DNA from: Sminthopsis crassicaudata
Taxonomy: Eukaryota
Assembly: GCF_048593235.1 (NCBI RefSeq)
Contig: NC_133619.1
Span: 161,276,454 to 161,340,453 of the forward strand
Length of the DNA: 64,000 nt
Direction of reading: 5' to 3'
Positions 1 to 12,854 of the stretch are shown piece by piece. The notes under the pieces were generated by a model. It did not search any database and was not told the DNA's origin. It saw only the letters and a list, made by a program, of their open reading frames with translations. The translations under genes were made by a program, and so were the position numbers. Numbering within the stretch: the stretch's first letter is position 1; every line of letters begins with the position of its first letter.

Positions 1-1197
1 ATCTGCCAAAGCAAACTTTTCAAATCCAAAGTTGGAAAACTTTAGAAATACTGTCACAGAGTCCTCCAATGTAAATGTTGTCACATGGGGCCATCAGCTT
101 AAAAGAGACTAGAAATGTCGGGAAATTGGAACTGAAAACGAATTAGGGGTCACAGAATAGTTCTCACTGACCTTCTCCAACATTCAATATCTGAAACTTC
201 AAAATAGTATTCCCTAAGCCTAATGTTCAGGTGCTGCACAGTAACATGAGAGTTTCCTTCCAAACCACAGAAGTGTAAATACAGTAAAACTAAGGACTAA
301 TGCACTTAGAGTACATGCTGGGATCCCTGCCCAGGTTGGGCTAACCTCCCTTTATGATTAAGAGGTATACTCTTCTCTCCTCACCACTCTATTGCACAAA
401 ATACAAAACCAAAGCAAAACAAAACCATAAAATATTTCTTTATGTGATAATAACAAAACATTTGGTAATTATTAGTCCCTTAAGATTGCTTTTTCATGTT
501 CTATCTGTAAACCCAAATTCCATCTTTGGAGTCACCTTGCCAGACAACTTCAACTTGGGAGTATTAAGCTGTCTCTGTTTTCTAAGGTGTGAGCTGAGGT
601 GTGATTTGCTTTGAGGATACAAACATGCTGAAGAGTGTCAACGATTAAAGGAGGGGTAAATATTTAACTCTGATCTCCAAACCCAAATGATCCCATTGCT
701 TATGTGGGTGGTCATCTCATTTCAGAGAGAAGGTAATTATCAGGTAAAGTCAACTAACTCAATTGATGTTCTAGACCATCCCTTCTCTTTAGTCATTCAT
801 TTGCAAATGTATCCAATGGTATAATTCTTGGGAAAATACAAAGATTGTCTGGGCTTATGTATTTTGATAATTGAAATAGTAATTGTCATTTCAACAATTC
901 CCCAAGTTAGATGCTAACAAAAGGATACTGATCTTATATCTTGGACTTGGACTCCAGATTCAATCATATACCAACAACCCTGAGAGTTTCCACAAACACT
1001 TCCAATTCTTCTCTAACATCTCATGCAGCTTCCTGTCCCACTACCTTTGGTTTCATCTTTTCTTGAAACATTTACTTAATCCATAAAATGTAAATATCAC
1101 TGGAGCAGACTAAAAAATGTCCAAGGCTCTAGAAAACAGAAAAACTCTTCCTTCTACTGTTAACAATGAATTTAGACTTTTGGACTGTTGTTTTGGA

Positions 1198-1402
1198 TTG
1201 TTGTTTAGTCATGTCATTTTTCATGGTCTTATGGGATGATAGCCCATCAATACTGTCCATGGGGTTTTCTTGGCAAAAATACTGATGTGGTTTGCTCTCC
1301 AGGGCAACCCAGAGTTACATAACTAGTAAGTGTCTGAGATCAAATTTGAATTCAGTTCTTTCTGACTCCAGGCCCAGGGCTTTATCCATTGAGACACCTA
1401 GC
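1198..1402 (-). mobile_element. Mar1-like CORE-SINE (MIR core plus RTE-derived tail)
   Basis: Reverse-oriented tail ttgtttagtcatgtc...ggggttttcttggcaaaaatactg followed by the MIR-like head gatcaaatttgaattcag...ctttatccattgagacacctagc. Confidence 0.75.
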
Positions 1403-1989
1403 AAACACCTGCCAAACTTTAAGTGAGGGGGGTACTAAACAAACATTTTAAAATAACTCTCCCCCTCCAAGAGTATATAATTGCAGTTTGGAGAGGAATC
1501 ATCTGAACTCTTTAAAAAATGTTTGCTTAGTATCCTCAGATTTAAAGTTAATACCACTGAGTCTAACCCATCTCCCATAGGACAGAAAGCATTCATATGC
1601 CCCAAAACTCAATCATTTGTTCCACTTCACATAGGTTTCATATTCTAAAAACAAAACAAAATGAGTCAAAAACATCTAAATATACATTTTCTTAGTAGAA
1701 AAAAATATAACATCCAATTTCAAAATACATACATCATGCATTCACATTGAAAATAACTTTCAAATGGCCTTTGGCAGATCATTAGCAAAGATTCAAGATT
1801 CCAAAACTTTCTGACTTAGGTGTTTTCTTTAAATGGGCATTCTGTATATCTTCAGTTAGAAGATACATGTTCTGTATTACATTTTTGAATAGCTTAAAAA
1901 TAATTCTTGAATTTTGTGAATTCAAGAGATGTGAACTGTGATTGTAGCAGGAAAATGATATTAATCTGATGATAATTGTGATAGTGATG

Positions 1990-2170
1990 TAATCACAAAG
2001 ATAAATTTTGTTTACATATTACTTTCACATACTCTTTCATTGGATAATAATAATTATCCCATTTTACAGAGAAATTGAGGCTCACAGAATTTAAGTGATT
2101 TACCAAGATGATGAGTAGCAAAACTGACACTCAAATTTTCTAGCTACACATTTATATCTCTTCCACCATG
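1990..2170 (-). mobile_element. MIR SINE, degraded
   Basis: attatccccattttacagagaaattgaggctcacagaatttaagtgatttaccaag matches the antisense MIR core. Confidence 0.7.
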
Positions 2171-2364
2171 ATATATCATATGGTATGTAGCTAAAAGGAA
2201 TTTCAAATTTCATAGAGACCAGTCGTTAATTTTTCCAAATGATGAAAGGAAGGTCCGACAAGTTACTATTGTAACTATTAAATTACTATCTTATTAGTAT
2301 CTGAGGACTTCTTGGTTCCAGAATCCCCTCTGTCTACTATTCCTTCTTGTCTTTTATAGAACCA

Positions 2365-2578
2365 TTATATGGTACAATGAAGTCAGAGAGACTCATAGTC
2401 CTAGGTTCAAGTCTAGTTCAGATACTTACTGTGTGACACTGGGAAAATCACTTAATTCTGTTTATCCCAGTTTCCTCATCTTTAAAATGAGCTAGAGAAA
2501 GAAATGGCGAATCATTCCAGTATCTTTGCCAAGAAAACCCCAATAGGGTCGGACATGATTAAAAAATGGTTCAACAAT
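2365..2578 (+). mobile_element. Mar1-like CORE-SINE
   Basis: ggttcaagtctagttcagatacttactgtgtgacactggg...cagtttcctcatctttaaaatgagctagagaaagaaatggcgaatcattccagtatctttgccaagaaaacccc. Confidence 0.8.
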
Positions 2579-2624
2579 GAATCTGATTCCATAGCCATGC
2601 TTTTCTCCATGATATTGTGATGCT

Positions 2625-2758
2625 GGGGTTAGCTAGGGGGCTTAGCGGATGGAGCACCAGCCCTGAATTCAGGAGGACCCGAGTTCAAATCTGGTCTCAG
2701 ACACTTGTGTGACTCTGGGCAAGTCACTTAACCCCAGCCTGGGGGGGGGGAGGGGAAG
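2625..2758 (+). mobile_element. WSINE1-type SINE, young, G-rich tail
   Basis: tRNA-derived head gcaccagccctgaattcaggaggacccgagttcaaatctggtctcagacac; perfect 14-bp TSD gatattgtgatgct at 2611-2624 and 2759-2772. Confidence 0.9.
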
Positions 2759-3591
2759 GATATTGTGATGCTTTTCTTTCAAAGGGATATTTTACAATAA
2801 TGAATGTTAGTTAGCTTTTTAAATTTCCTAATCCATAGACCAGTTTTTCCAAACCTTGAAATAGACTCAACAGTAGAGTCCTAATCCATAAATGGTACAC
2901 CTTCAAAGAAGTAGCCATTATCCCAGCTCTCTTTCCCTAGTCTATTGGTGAAATAGGAAGGGGAGAAGTGACACTTTCTTCCCTATCATGTTTGGGGAAT
3001 TTGCTTTCTGTAAATGGGAGACATTTCCTGACATATGAGTAGAGTAGATGCTAAAAAGAGGATTGGATAATGCTGTAGGCATATTTCATAAACTTTCAAT
3101 TTTATCTAGACCAACTTTGCCTGCCCTACCCACACCATCCTTTTTTTTTTTTTTTTTTAAACTCTTTTAGTATTCCAGGATGCTGTCTTTATTATCTGCC
3201 TAATCTTTGAAAAATTCAGATCAGTAACTAAAAGATACATTTAAATGTGGCCTTTACAGTGTGCTACAATTTACCAGATAATAAGCCCTAGACATGCCTT
3301 ATGTGGTTGTAACATAAATAAAATTTAAATTATGTTAAACTTTTTTTTTTTTTTGGGAAGAATTCATTTCTGTATTCAAGAGAGAGACAGTTCATGTTTA
3401 AAGGAATTTGCTTAACTACAAATCATGTATAAACAGAACTTCCTTCAGGGCTAATTCTCTAATTCACAATAAATTAGTGGTACCCAAAGAGTAGCTGACT
3501 ATTTCTCTCCTTAAGGTACTTAAGGTATCCTTAAGGAGTAGGGGGGTTTCTGTTGTTTTCCCTGTAGTTCCCACTGTCAAGTTCCCCAATT

Positions 3592-3690
3592 ATTACTTTT
3601 GTTATTTAGTTACGTCTGATTTGAACACAGGAAGATGAGTTTTTCTCACTCCAGCCCAGCGCTCTATCCACTGAACCACCTATCTGTCCC
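3592..3690 (-). mobile_element. Mar1/MIR fragment with the core deleted
   Basis: gttatttagttacgtctgatttgaacacaggaagatgag...ccagcgctctatccactgaaccacc. Confidence 0.55.
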
Positions 3691-4187
3691 CTCATTGCTT
3701 ACTAGCTAGAGTTAATTAGCTTTTACAAAAGGGTTAGTTACTAGGCAGTTCCAGCAAAGACAGTCGTTACAAAGCTAGGAATATACTTTATCCTTGCTCA
3801 AATAGGTATCTCCGCACTTAGAGAGGCTGAAACCTAGAGCTCACATAAGTGGTGATATCACTAACACCAAGCTGTGGTCATCAGGAGTTCCTTTTTCCCT
3901 TTGTGTAGGTTTTCATACATAAAAGTTTCCCTTATAAATATTTCTCTTCAGTCCCCAAGGGTCCATGCCCTTGTAAAGTCTGGGAGTTGCTTTTCCTGAG
4001 TGTTCTCATTTATCCCCAATGTTTCGCTCAGTTCTGATGAAGGAGCTGCCTCTTTTTACTAGTGCTGCTCTGCTGTGCACTACTACAAATGTCAATGGAA
4101 ACTCCAGATTTTTGATCCTTTAGATATGCAGAGAAAAGTGAGAGAAAAGATTTATTTCAAGTCACCACAATATTTTTTGCACTTAAA

Positions 4188-5310
4188 AGTATTTTTTCCA
4201 ATTACATATAATTTTCAACATGTGTTTTGTAAAATTTTGAGTTCTGATTTTTTTCTCTCTCTCCCTTCTCTCCCTTCTTCCCCAAGCAGCAAGTAATCCT
4301 ATATGGATTATATCTGTACAATCATGTTAAGCACATTCCCATATTAGTCATGCTGTGAAAGAAGAATCACAATAAAAGGGAAAAACCTCAAGAAGGAAAA
4401 AAAAATTTTTTTAAAGCAAAAATAGTATGCTTCAATATGCATTCAAATTTGGTAGTCTTTCTCTGGATGTAGGTGGCATTTTCCATGACAAGTTTTTTGG
4501 TATTAACTTGGATCACAGTGTTGCTGAGAAGAATCACAAGTGATCATACCAAAATGTTGCTCTTACTGATACTTCTCACTTCACTCAGCCTCAGTTCATG
4601 TTAGTCTTTCCAGGCTTATCTGAAAAAAGGCTGTTTATCATTTCTTATAGAGCAGTATTACTTCGTGGTATTCATACAGCACAATTTGTTCAACCATTCC
4701 CCACCTGATGGGCATTTCCTCAGTTTTCAATTCATTGCCACCACAAACAGAACTGCTATAACTTTTTTTGCACATTTCCGTCCTTTTCTTTTCTTTTCTT
4801 TTCTTTTTTATGATATCTTTGTGATACAGACTTAGTAGTGACAATGCTGGATCAAAGGTGTGTACAGTATTATAAAACTTTGGACAGGGTTCCAAATTGC
4901 TCTCCAGAATGTTTGGATCACTTTACAACTCCACTGACAGTGCAATCCCAGTTTTCCCACATCCCCTCCCTCATTTATCATTTTATTTTTCTGTCATATT
5001 AGCCAATTTGATAAGCATGAGATAGTACTTTGGAGTGTTAAATTTGCATTTCTCTTAGCAATAGTGATTTAGAGCATTTTTCATATGACTATAGATAGCT
5101 TTATATATTCTGAAAATCTGAAAATTGCTTATTCACATCCTCTGACCATTTATCAATTGGAGAATGATTTGTATTCTTATAAATTTGACTCAGTTTTCTA
5201 TGTATTTTAGAAATGAGGCCTTTTATCAGAAATATTGGTCATAAATATTGCTTCACAGCTTTTTGCTTCCCTTCTAATTTTGGTTGCACTGATTTTGTTT
5301 GTACAAAAAT
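4188..5310 (-). mobile_element. Marsupial L1 3' end (ORF2 C-terminus plus 3' UTR), old
   Basis: Antisense L1 hallmarks: ccattccccacctgatgggcatttcctcag, acaatgctggatcaaaggtgtgtacag, ttccaaattgctctccagaatg, gaccatttatcaattggagaatg. Confidence 0.85.
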
Positions 5311-6499
5311 GAGGAAACAAATTTGATCCCTCTGTCCTTCCCACCCACTCCAAAAAAAAAAAAAAAAAAAATTCGCGCTACTAGCTATTTCTGTTAACAT
5401 TCCTATCCCTAACTACTCCCCCCAAGCAACTAACATATCACATATGACTAAGCAGTCTCACTTACATCACACTATTGGGAAGGAATAATGCTCAGTACAG
5501 CTATTAGCTTTATGTTCTAAAATTTTGCATTCTTAACTATTAGTACATAAAGAATATATCATGAATATTCACTTTTAAGTATGTCTTTTATAAGGCAGCA
5601 TCCAAGTACTAATGGAAAACGTATCAAATATGGAGTCTGCATATCATTTTGGTTGAATCATTAGGGATTTATAAACTCTTTATTATATTGTAATGTAAAT
5701 TTTAAATGGTCTAGATATTTATTAAATCTCTAATTTTAATTCATTAGTGTCATGGCAATTTTGTGATGAAAATATAATTATTTCTCTATTTAGACATATT
5801 TCTTCTTGAACTACGGAGAATATAAAGTTTGAAATCCCATCCTCAATTTGCATTGCATAACCTTTAGTGCATTTATGTTTTTTGAAATATTTTAGTGTAT
5901 AAAATCTGTTGCAACCTCATATGATATTCATGGAAAGCAAATTTGTTCATTCAAGTAGAATTTTCGGCTGATCAGAGTCCTTTATGTTCACTGAATTAAC
6001 TTCACACTAAAATAAAGAACATAAAGTATTCTATCTACTATGAGGCTAATGTATTTTTAAACTTTTTAAATATAAAAAACAAGAATATTTACAAGTAATC
6101 ACTAGTCGTATCCTAGAGCATGCATGAGGATGAACCTCTGGTATACTTTCCCTTGTAGGAGAAGTAGAGGTGAGCCTATGCCCCCTCTATTTCTAGAAAC
6201 AAATATCCTCTGACCTTAGGCTAAAGGACATTATTGGTCAGAGACTCCTGGCTATTTCCTTGGATCTGAAGTCAGAAATGAAGATGCGTAGCTGTGCCAA
6301 AGAGGATTGGTCCTTAATTCAGGAAAAGTCTTCTCTCACTTGCTCTGCCTTAGTCTCTCTGTCTCTATGTCTGTTTGTCTCTGTTTTTGTCTCTGTCTCT
6401 ATATTTCTGTCTGTTTTTCTCTGTATATAAATACACAGTTTTGTTGTTTTTTTTCTTTTTTGGGTTGATTTGTACATAGCTATTTTCATTTTGTTTCCA

Positions 6500-6620
6500 C
6501 ATTAGACTGTGAGCTCCTTGAAAACAAGGACTGCTTTAAAAAAAAAAAAAATCTTTCTTTTACCCTTAGCACTTTTCACAGTGCCTGGCACATAGTAAGC
6601 GTTTAATATCTGACTGGTCA
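6500..6620 (+). mobile_element. L2 3' end
   Basis: attagactgtgagctccttgaaaacaaggac...cacagtgcctggcacatagtaagcgtttaat is the L2 terminal motif. Confidence 0.75.
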
Positions 6621-6724
6621 ATCAAAAGGATACTACAGATAAGAAGACAAAGAAAACTCTAGCCAGTGAATGTGTATATTATCAGATAATCTGGACTTTG
6701 AGTTGTGCCAACAACACAGTTTAA

Positions 6725-6905
6725 AGTTATAGGATCTACTTAGAAGTAGAAGGGACCTCAGAAGCCATTATTTCCCTTATTTTGCAGAGGGCAATGAGGT
6801 GCAAAAGATTTGAGAGATTTGCCCAGCGTTGGGCAGATATATAGTAAGTGATGCAGGAAAGATTTAATGCCTTTAAATTCAGGTGTTTTCTGCTACTGCC
6901 CACTT
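6725..6905 (-). mobile_element. MIR SINE
   Basis: gaagggacctcagaagccatt...cttattttgcagagggcaatgagg...gatttgcccag...gatttaatgcc. Confidence 0.65.
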
Positions 6906-7144
6906 ATTCTTTTTTTTTTTTTTTTTTTTTTTTTAACTGCACAATAGCATACATTGATTCACATGTTTTGTTGTCATACAATGTTCAGAGATTCTCCAGA
7001 GATAGGACCTCTTTTAGTTTCCAGTTTCTTGCCACCACATAAAGAGCTCTTATATGTGGGTGAATATGCATATGTATGTAATATGCATGTATATATTTAT
7101 TTGTACATATCACACCTTTTATATGTGCACACTCATGCCCACAT

Positions 7145-7327
7145 NNNNNNNNNNNNNNNNNNNNNNNNNNNNNNNNNNNNNNNNNNNNNNNNNNNNNNNN
7201 NNNNNNNNNNNNNNNNNNNNNNNNNNNNNNNNNNNNNNNNNNNNNNNNNNNNNNNNNNNNNNNNNNNNNNNNNNNNNNNNNNNNNNNNNNNNNNNNNNNN
7301 NNNNNNNNNNNNNNNNNNNNNNNNNNN
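7145..7327. other. Assembly gap (183 N) beside a TA/CA-rich simple repeat
   Basis: N run seen directly. Confidence 0.99.
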
Positions 7328-7354
7328 GGAGTGCTATCCATATATCAAAGGATG

Positions 7355-7830
7355 TATATAGTTCAATACTTTGTTGAGCAAATTGCTTTGTAAAATATCA
7401 GGATCAGTTCATAATTCTACCAATAGTACTTTAATATACTTATTTTATATAATCTCTGCAGAATTAGTCATCTTCTTTTGTCAACTTTGCCAATCTGATG
7501 ATTGTGACATAGAACCTCAGAGTTTCTTTATTTCTCTAACAATTAGTATATTGCAGGAATAGTTTTTTTTTTTTATTATTATTATTTTTTTAATTTTTCC
7601 TGAGGCTGGGGTTAAGTGACTTGCCCAGGGTCACACAGCTAGGAAGTGTTAAGTGTCCGAGACCAGATATGAACTCGGGTCCTCCTGAATTCAGGGCTGG
7701 TGCTCTATCCACTGCGCCACCTAGCTGCCCCAGGAATAGTTATTTTTAAGTCATATGGCTATTAATAGGATTTCTTCTCTTAAAAATTACATGTTCATTT
7801 ATTTGAACCATTTATCTTTTGGGAATAATA
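7355..7830 (-). mobile_element. Old L1 ORF2 fragment interrupted by a WSINE1
   Basis: tcaactttgccaatctgatgattgtgacatagaacctcagag and gttcatttatttgaaccatttatc match the antisense L1 ORF2 3' region. Confidence 0.65.
7565..7730 (-). mobile_element. WSINE1-type SINE, young
   Basis: Complete antisense copy ending ccactgcgccacctagctgccc; T-rich tail; TSD (c)aggaatagtt at 7554-7564 and 7731-7741; CpGs retained. Confidence 0.92.
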
Positions 7831-7914
7831 AGATCACCCCTTTCTAGTCAAGGAGATCTACAGTGAATTTGTTTCCATGTTATTCATTGCTGTAAAGACC
7901 CTTCACTTTTAAAA

Positions 7915-8058
7915 TTTAATTTAATTTTTTGCTGAGGCAATTGGGTTAAGTGACTTGCCCAGAGTCACACAGCTAAGAAATATTAAGTGTCTAAGACCAG
8001 ATTTGAACTCAAGACTGCAGGGCTGGTGCTCTATTTACTGTGCCACCTAGCTGCCCCC
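7915..8058 (-). mobile_element. WSINE/Mar3-type SINE
   Basis: tgaggcaattgggttaagtgacttgcccag...gccacctagctgcccc; 17-bp TSD acccttcacttttaaaa at 7898-7914 and 8061-8077. Confidence 0.9.
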
Positions 8059-8269
8059 AAACCCTTCACTTTTAAAACCAATATTCATCCAATAATTCTA
8101 TATAACCTCATTTCACGGAACACCTCTCTGACAAAAATAATTCAAATAGCTGAGCCAATTTATATGGCAAATGTCAGTATATGAAATATCTACATATCCA
8201 CTTTCTCAGTTGTCACATAAGGATTAGCTAATAACTACAATATGGTTCTTCTTCTTCTTCTTTTTTTTT

Positions 8270-8480
8270 TTTTAATGTAGACTTGTGATTTCATTAGTAT
8301 AAAAATCTCTGGTGTGAAAACTTTCTCCACAAGAATAAGCAACTGCCCTCAAGGTTATATTCTTAGAGAATTGCCTATGGTGTGAGAACCATGGTCATGT
8401 AGCTAGTATATATCAGAGATGAGATTCAAACCCAGATCTTACCTACTACAAGGTTCTACAAGGCACTACAAGGTACTTTA
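8270..8480 (-). mobile_element. WALLSI4-like CORE-SINE
   Basis: tagacttgtgatttcattagtat...ttatattcttagagaattgcct...gattcaaacccagatct. Related copies occur at about 15940-16130, 18470-18690, 40350-40590, 49640-49810 and 51160-51340. Confidence 0.6.
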
Positions 8481-10639
8481 CCATCCTTTAAGCCAATAAA
8501 AAAAATCAAAGGAGTACATATGTCAGAAGCAGATGGCCAAAAAGACAGGCAAGTAAAAATGATCATCAAACATTAATTTAACATATATTTTAATTTTCAT
8601 TGTTAATTATAATTTCCTTTTAAAAGCAGTTTTCTAATGTTCTATTATTTATTGTATTATTGTTTGTCAGCAAGAAATGGTCTATAATTTCATGAATTCA
8701 CACATAAAAATTCCACAAATCTTACACCTTTACAATGAACAATGCCTTTGTAGCTGATAAAGTGCTTTCCCTTATATTTTCTTATTTGATACTTACAAGT
8801 ATTCTGTCAAGCACATAGGGAAATTTTAATAACCTGATGAAGTTACAAATTAAGATGCTAAGATTTATATGTATTTTGAAGTCAGTCAAAAATGATTGAT
8901 CACCTTTCAGATTCTTAGACTTTTTTATATTTTGTATATTAATTATTAATGATCAGCTTCAATATTTTAAAGAAGAGAAATCTAAAAAGAAAAAAGATTT
9001 AGAGAGAACAAGATGACATAACATATAAGTGATAGATAAGATAATGAAACTCCAGCTCATAACTATATCTTAGCAAAGAGCCAGATTTTCTTGATATTGT
9101 CACAAATTTTTAATTATTATTAAAAGTTAAGAAAGGGACTTTATTATACTAGCAAATAATTATCCTTCATGAGAAAACTGCAAAAGGAATTTAGTACATT
9201 TAAACTAGGAAAAATGTCATGCAAAGAAGTTTGCTTTGTAGGTAGACAACAGGGAATTATTACAGATGCACTGAGCAGGATGATTTAACAATGAAAGTGG
9301 TGTCTGAGGAAGTTTTGTCTGACATCTATAGCTAGGAAAGATTAAAAGAAAGAAACACTGGACATATGGAAATCATCAATTAGAGTTTTGTTCCAATTTG
9401 TACGAATAATCAATCCTTTTAAATGGTTACATTGTTCAAATCTACAATGTCTATTTCCATTGGGCTGGAACAACCAACCATATTTGACATAATTACAATT
9501 TCAAATAGTGCTAATTCAAATACATGTGAACATTTCAAGTATTCTCATTGATCAGAATTTAGGTTTATAACTATCTGGGATTGAGACAATAAGAATCTGG
9601 AATAGCATCTTTATTCACAACAGAAAGAAATCTTTCTTTACATATATTGTAATTAAGAATAATAAAAATATATTTATTTAAACAAGCTATGGACTTGTAA
9701 AACAAAATTACATTGGATATTCATCAATCTTAAAAAATATGATTTTTTAAAAGTCACCACTAAACTAGTGAATGTGTCTTTCAAAAATGCCTATGACTAA
9801 GGTTATAAACCATATTAACAAATCTTCAACTTTTGGCTAACTTCCTGGATTTTATGAATATATAAACATTTATAGAGGTATAAAACATTGTAAGGAAATA
9901 GTAAGCCAATTCAGATATCTTTTTGTCATAAAGTTAACACATGTTTATTCTCATAAAATTGGATAGAAATTTCTGTAGAATGAAATCAACTAATTGACAA
10001 ATAATTGCTGAAAACTTCCACTTTGCTATATATGTACTATGAAACATGAATGAGTTAATATTGCAATATACATTTAGAGCAATAATGACAAATTTATGGA
10101 ACATTTTAGTATTTAGTTATATAACTTATTAGTTTTATTCACAACAATTCCTGTAGGTAGTATAAGCATTATTAAGCACATTTTACAAATGGGGGAAATT
10201 AAGAAATTATTCTTTGGGTCATAATACCTAATAAGTATTAGAAGCAATACTCAAAATCAGGTGTCTAGACTCCAGATTTAGTGTTCTTTACATTATATTG
10301 TGTCATAACAGAATCTCAGTTTGGAAAAAAATGTTAGAGGCCATCTAATTCAAACCATATCTAACCATAGTTATTCTATACAGTTGAAGATCTTTAGCAT
10401 CTTTCACTATTTCTAGCTAAATCACAAACTACATGGCCTTCTTTTAAATAATCAAAATAAAAGGGATCACTCTCTCAATATTGATGAGTTTAAACTTTTG
10501 TGGAGTTCTATTAGTCCCAAAATTTTGAATTTTGGCATGCAAACTCTTATACCATTGGCTTCATGGATATGCAACCTAATTATCAAAAGCTACATGATAA
10601 AAAAAATAATAGAAAATCTAAAGAGACAATTTAAAAAAA

Positions 10640-11620
10640 TATTTGCAAACCAAATTCATAATTAACAAAGTGATCAGGTTGATCAAACCTGATAAAATAG
10701 ACAATCTCAGTTGTATGATTTTTTTAAAATAGCTTTTGCAAGAATAAAACCAAATTAAGAAGCTATCAATTGAGGCAAAAACAATGAATCAAATATCCCC
10801 ATTCAAAGTCTAATATCCAAAATATGTAGAAAATTAAGACAAAAGTATAAAAACAAGAGTCATCCATGAATAGTTGCATAGTGAAAAGATCTGAATAGTT
10901 TTCAGAAGAAGAAGTGCAAATTATCATCTATAAAATATTCTAATCATTAATATTATGGCAAATACAAATCAGTATCAGATATAAGAATCAATATATTTAA
11001 TGTGAATAAAAATTTAGCATAAAATACATATATTTATATGTAATTACTATGTAATTGATATATCTACTGCTTCTCCTTATATGATATATATTATATGTAA
11101 TAAAGAATGAATATAAATATTTAACCTTAAAGTCATCCCCCAATAGTTAAATGGCTAAAGCATATGATAAATGCGTATTAAAATAACTCTGAAGTTCTTA
11201 CCACTCACCCAGAAAATTGGCAGAAATGATGCAAAACATTCTCAACTGTTCAAACAGACTGGCACATTTACACACTTATGGTTTAGCTGTGAGATTGTCT
11301 AAGCATTCTGGGAAATTATTTAAAATGGTGCCAAACAAGTTTTTTGTTTTTAAATTTCCATATTCTTTAACTCAGTGATACCATTCCCCAAAATATATAC
11401 CAAAGAGATTAAAGATAGCAGGAAGATATTCATTTTACCAAACTATTCCTAGAAACTCTTTTTTTTTTTTTTTTTTGAGATAGAAAAAAGAAAAGAAAAG
11501 TAGAACAAATTGCAATGTGAAAGCATAGTATATTTTTATACCTTAGGAAATAATGAACAGCAGGAATTTGAAAAACTTGGAGAAGACTTGTTTGAACTAT
11601 TTCAGAACAACAGAAAATAA
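10640..11620 (+). mobile_element. Old L1 ORF2 3' fragment
   Basis: aaagtctaatatccaaaatatgtagaaaatt...tcagaagaagaagtgcaaatt...cccagaaaattggcagaaatga...actcagtgataccatt; heavily decayed. Confidence 0.6.
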
Positions 11621-11639
11621 TATTAAACCTTTCTTTCCT

Positions 11640-12460
11640 TTCTTTTAAAAATAGGATTACCATGAACACAATAAACTTTCTCTAAGTATTAACAAATCTT
11701 GATCCATTATCCTTCATTTTTGCTCTTAAATTGATCTTGCTAGAGTGTATATTGGTTGCTTTTCTACCTCTGCTTTTGTTTTTTCATAATTTCTTAAGGG
11801 TTTTCTAAATTTCTTTATATTTTTCATGCTCAGTGGTCCAAATTACAATATGCTATTCTAGCACATTTATATTCCACAAGCTTTTTAGCCACAAATTTAG
11901 AACTGGAAGAGATCTTATAAGTCATCTGGTCTAACATCTTTATTTTACAAATAAGTTCAATAAGACCATGAGACTTGCCAATAGCTGATAAAGGTCAAAG
12001 GTCAGATTTGAACCCTGATTCTCTGACTCCAAGACTTTTTTTCATTGCTTTATATGGCCTCTCTTTTCCCTCTAATATGGTATTCAAGATGCTTCAAGGT
12101 TTTACATTATATTTTATTCTACTGTAAAAATCTTAGAATTTTTTAATGTATTTGATAATGATTTCAGGATATTTATCTAACAAAGGATTTTGGTGTCAAA
12201 AGGTATGATTATTTCTATAGAATTTACGATATGATATTATTCTCATAAAAAAAAAATCTACAAGTTTTAATGTATCAGGAATCAAAGAAATTCCTGTTTC
12301 TCCACTGTTGAACCAGCCTTGAGTTTCACTGCTTTTCATTTTGCTGACAATTTGATGGGTATAAAGGGGTACTTCAAAGCTTTTTAACTTGCATCTCTTT
12401 GATTATTAATAAGAGTGATCATATTTCAGATTTCTGTAAATTACTTCTATTTAAAATATG
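11640..12460 (-). mobile_element. Old antisense L1 fragments with an embedded MIR (about 11890-12060)
   Basis: ggattttggtgtcaaaaggtatga, caatttgatgggtataaagggg, cttgcatctcttt; MIR segment agaactggaagagatctt...gatttgaaccctgattctctgactcc. Confidence 0.55.
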
Positions 12461-12854
12461 AGCAGTGTATAGTGATAGAAACCTGTAGAGCCTGTTGTTG
12501 GGAACACTGAGGGTGATAGATCAATGGTAGAGCTGTGCCATAAAGTGTGACATAAAAATGGCTAATGCTTGAGTACAGACGACTAGGCTACCTAAAATAT
12601 AAAGTGACCTAGGTTAGAAAAAAATGGAACAGATTAAAACTGCTAAAACAATCAGTACTGGAATTGTTTGCACAAACAGCTGCTACATTTCTATCCTGGG
12701 CAAGATAAGTGAGAACCAGTTTCAAAATAAATAAATAAAAATAAGCATATGAATATGTATGTATACACACATATATGGATGGATATAGATTTATAATCTT
12801 ATGGATTTAAAATCAATGACATGGAGCAGGGAAGGGAAAAGACTTGTCCAAACT

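Noticed and set aside
5375-5480. C/A-rich stretch resembling mitochondrial L-strand DNA (numt)
   Set aside because: Mitochondrial-code translation gave no convincing match to any mtDNA protein I recall; too short.
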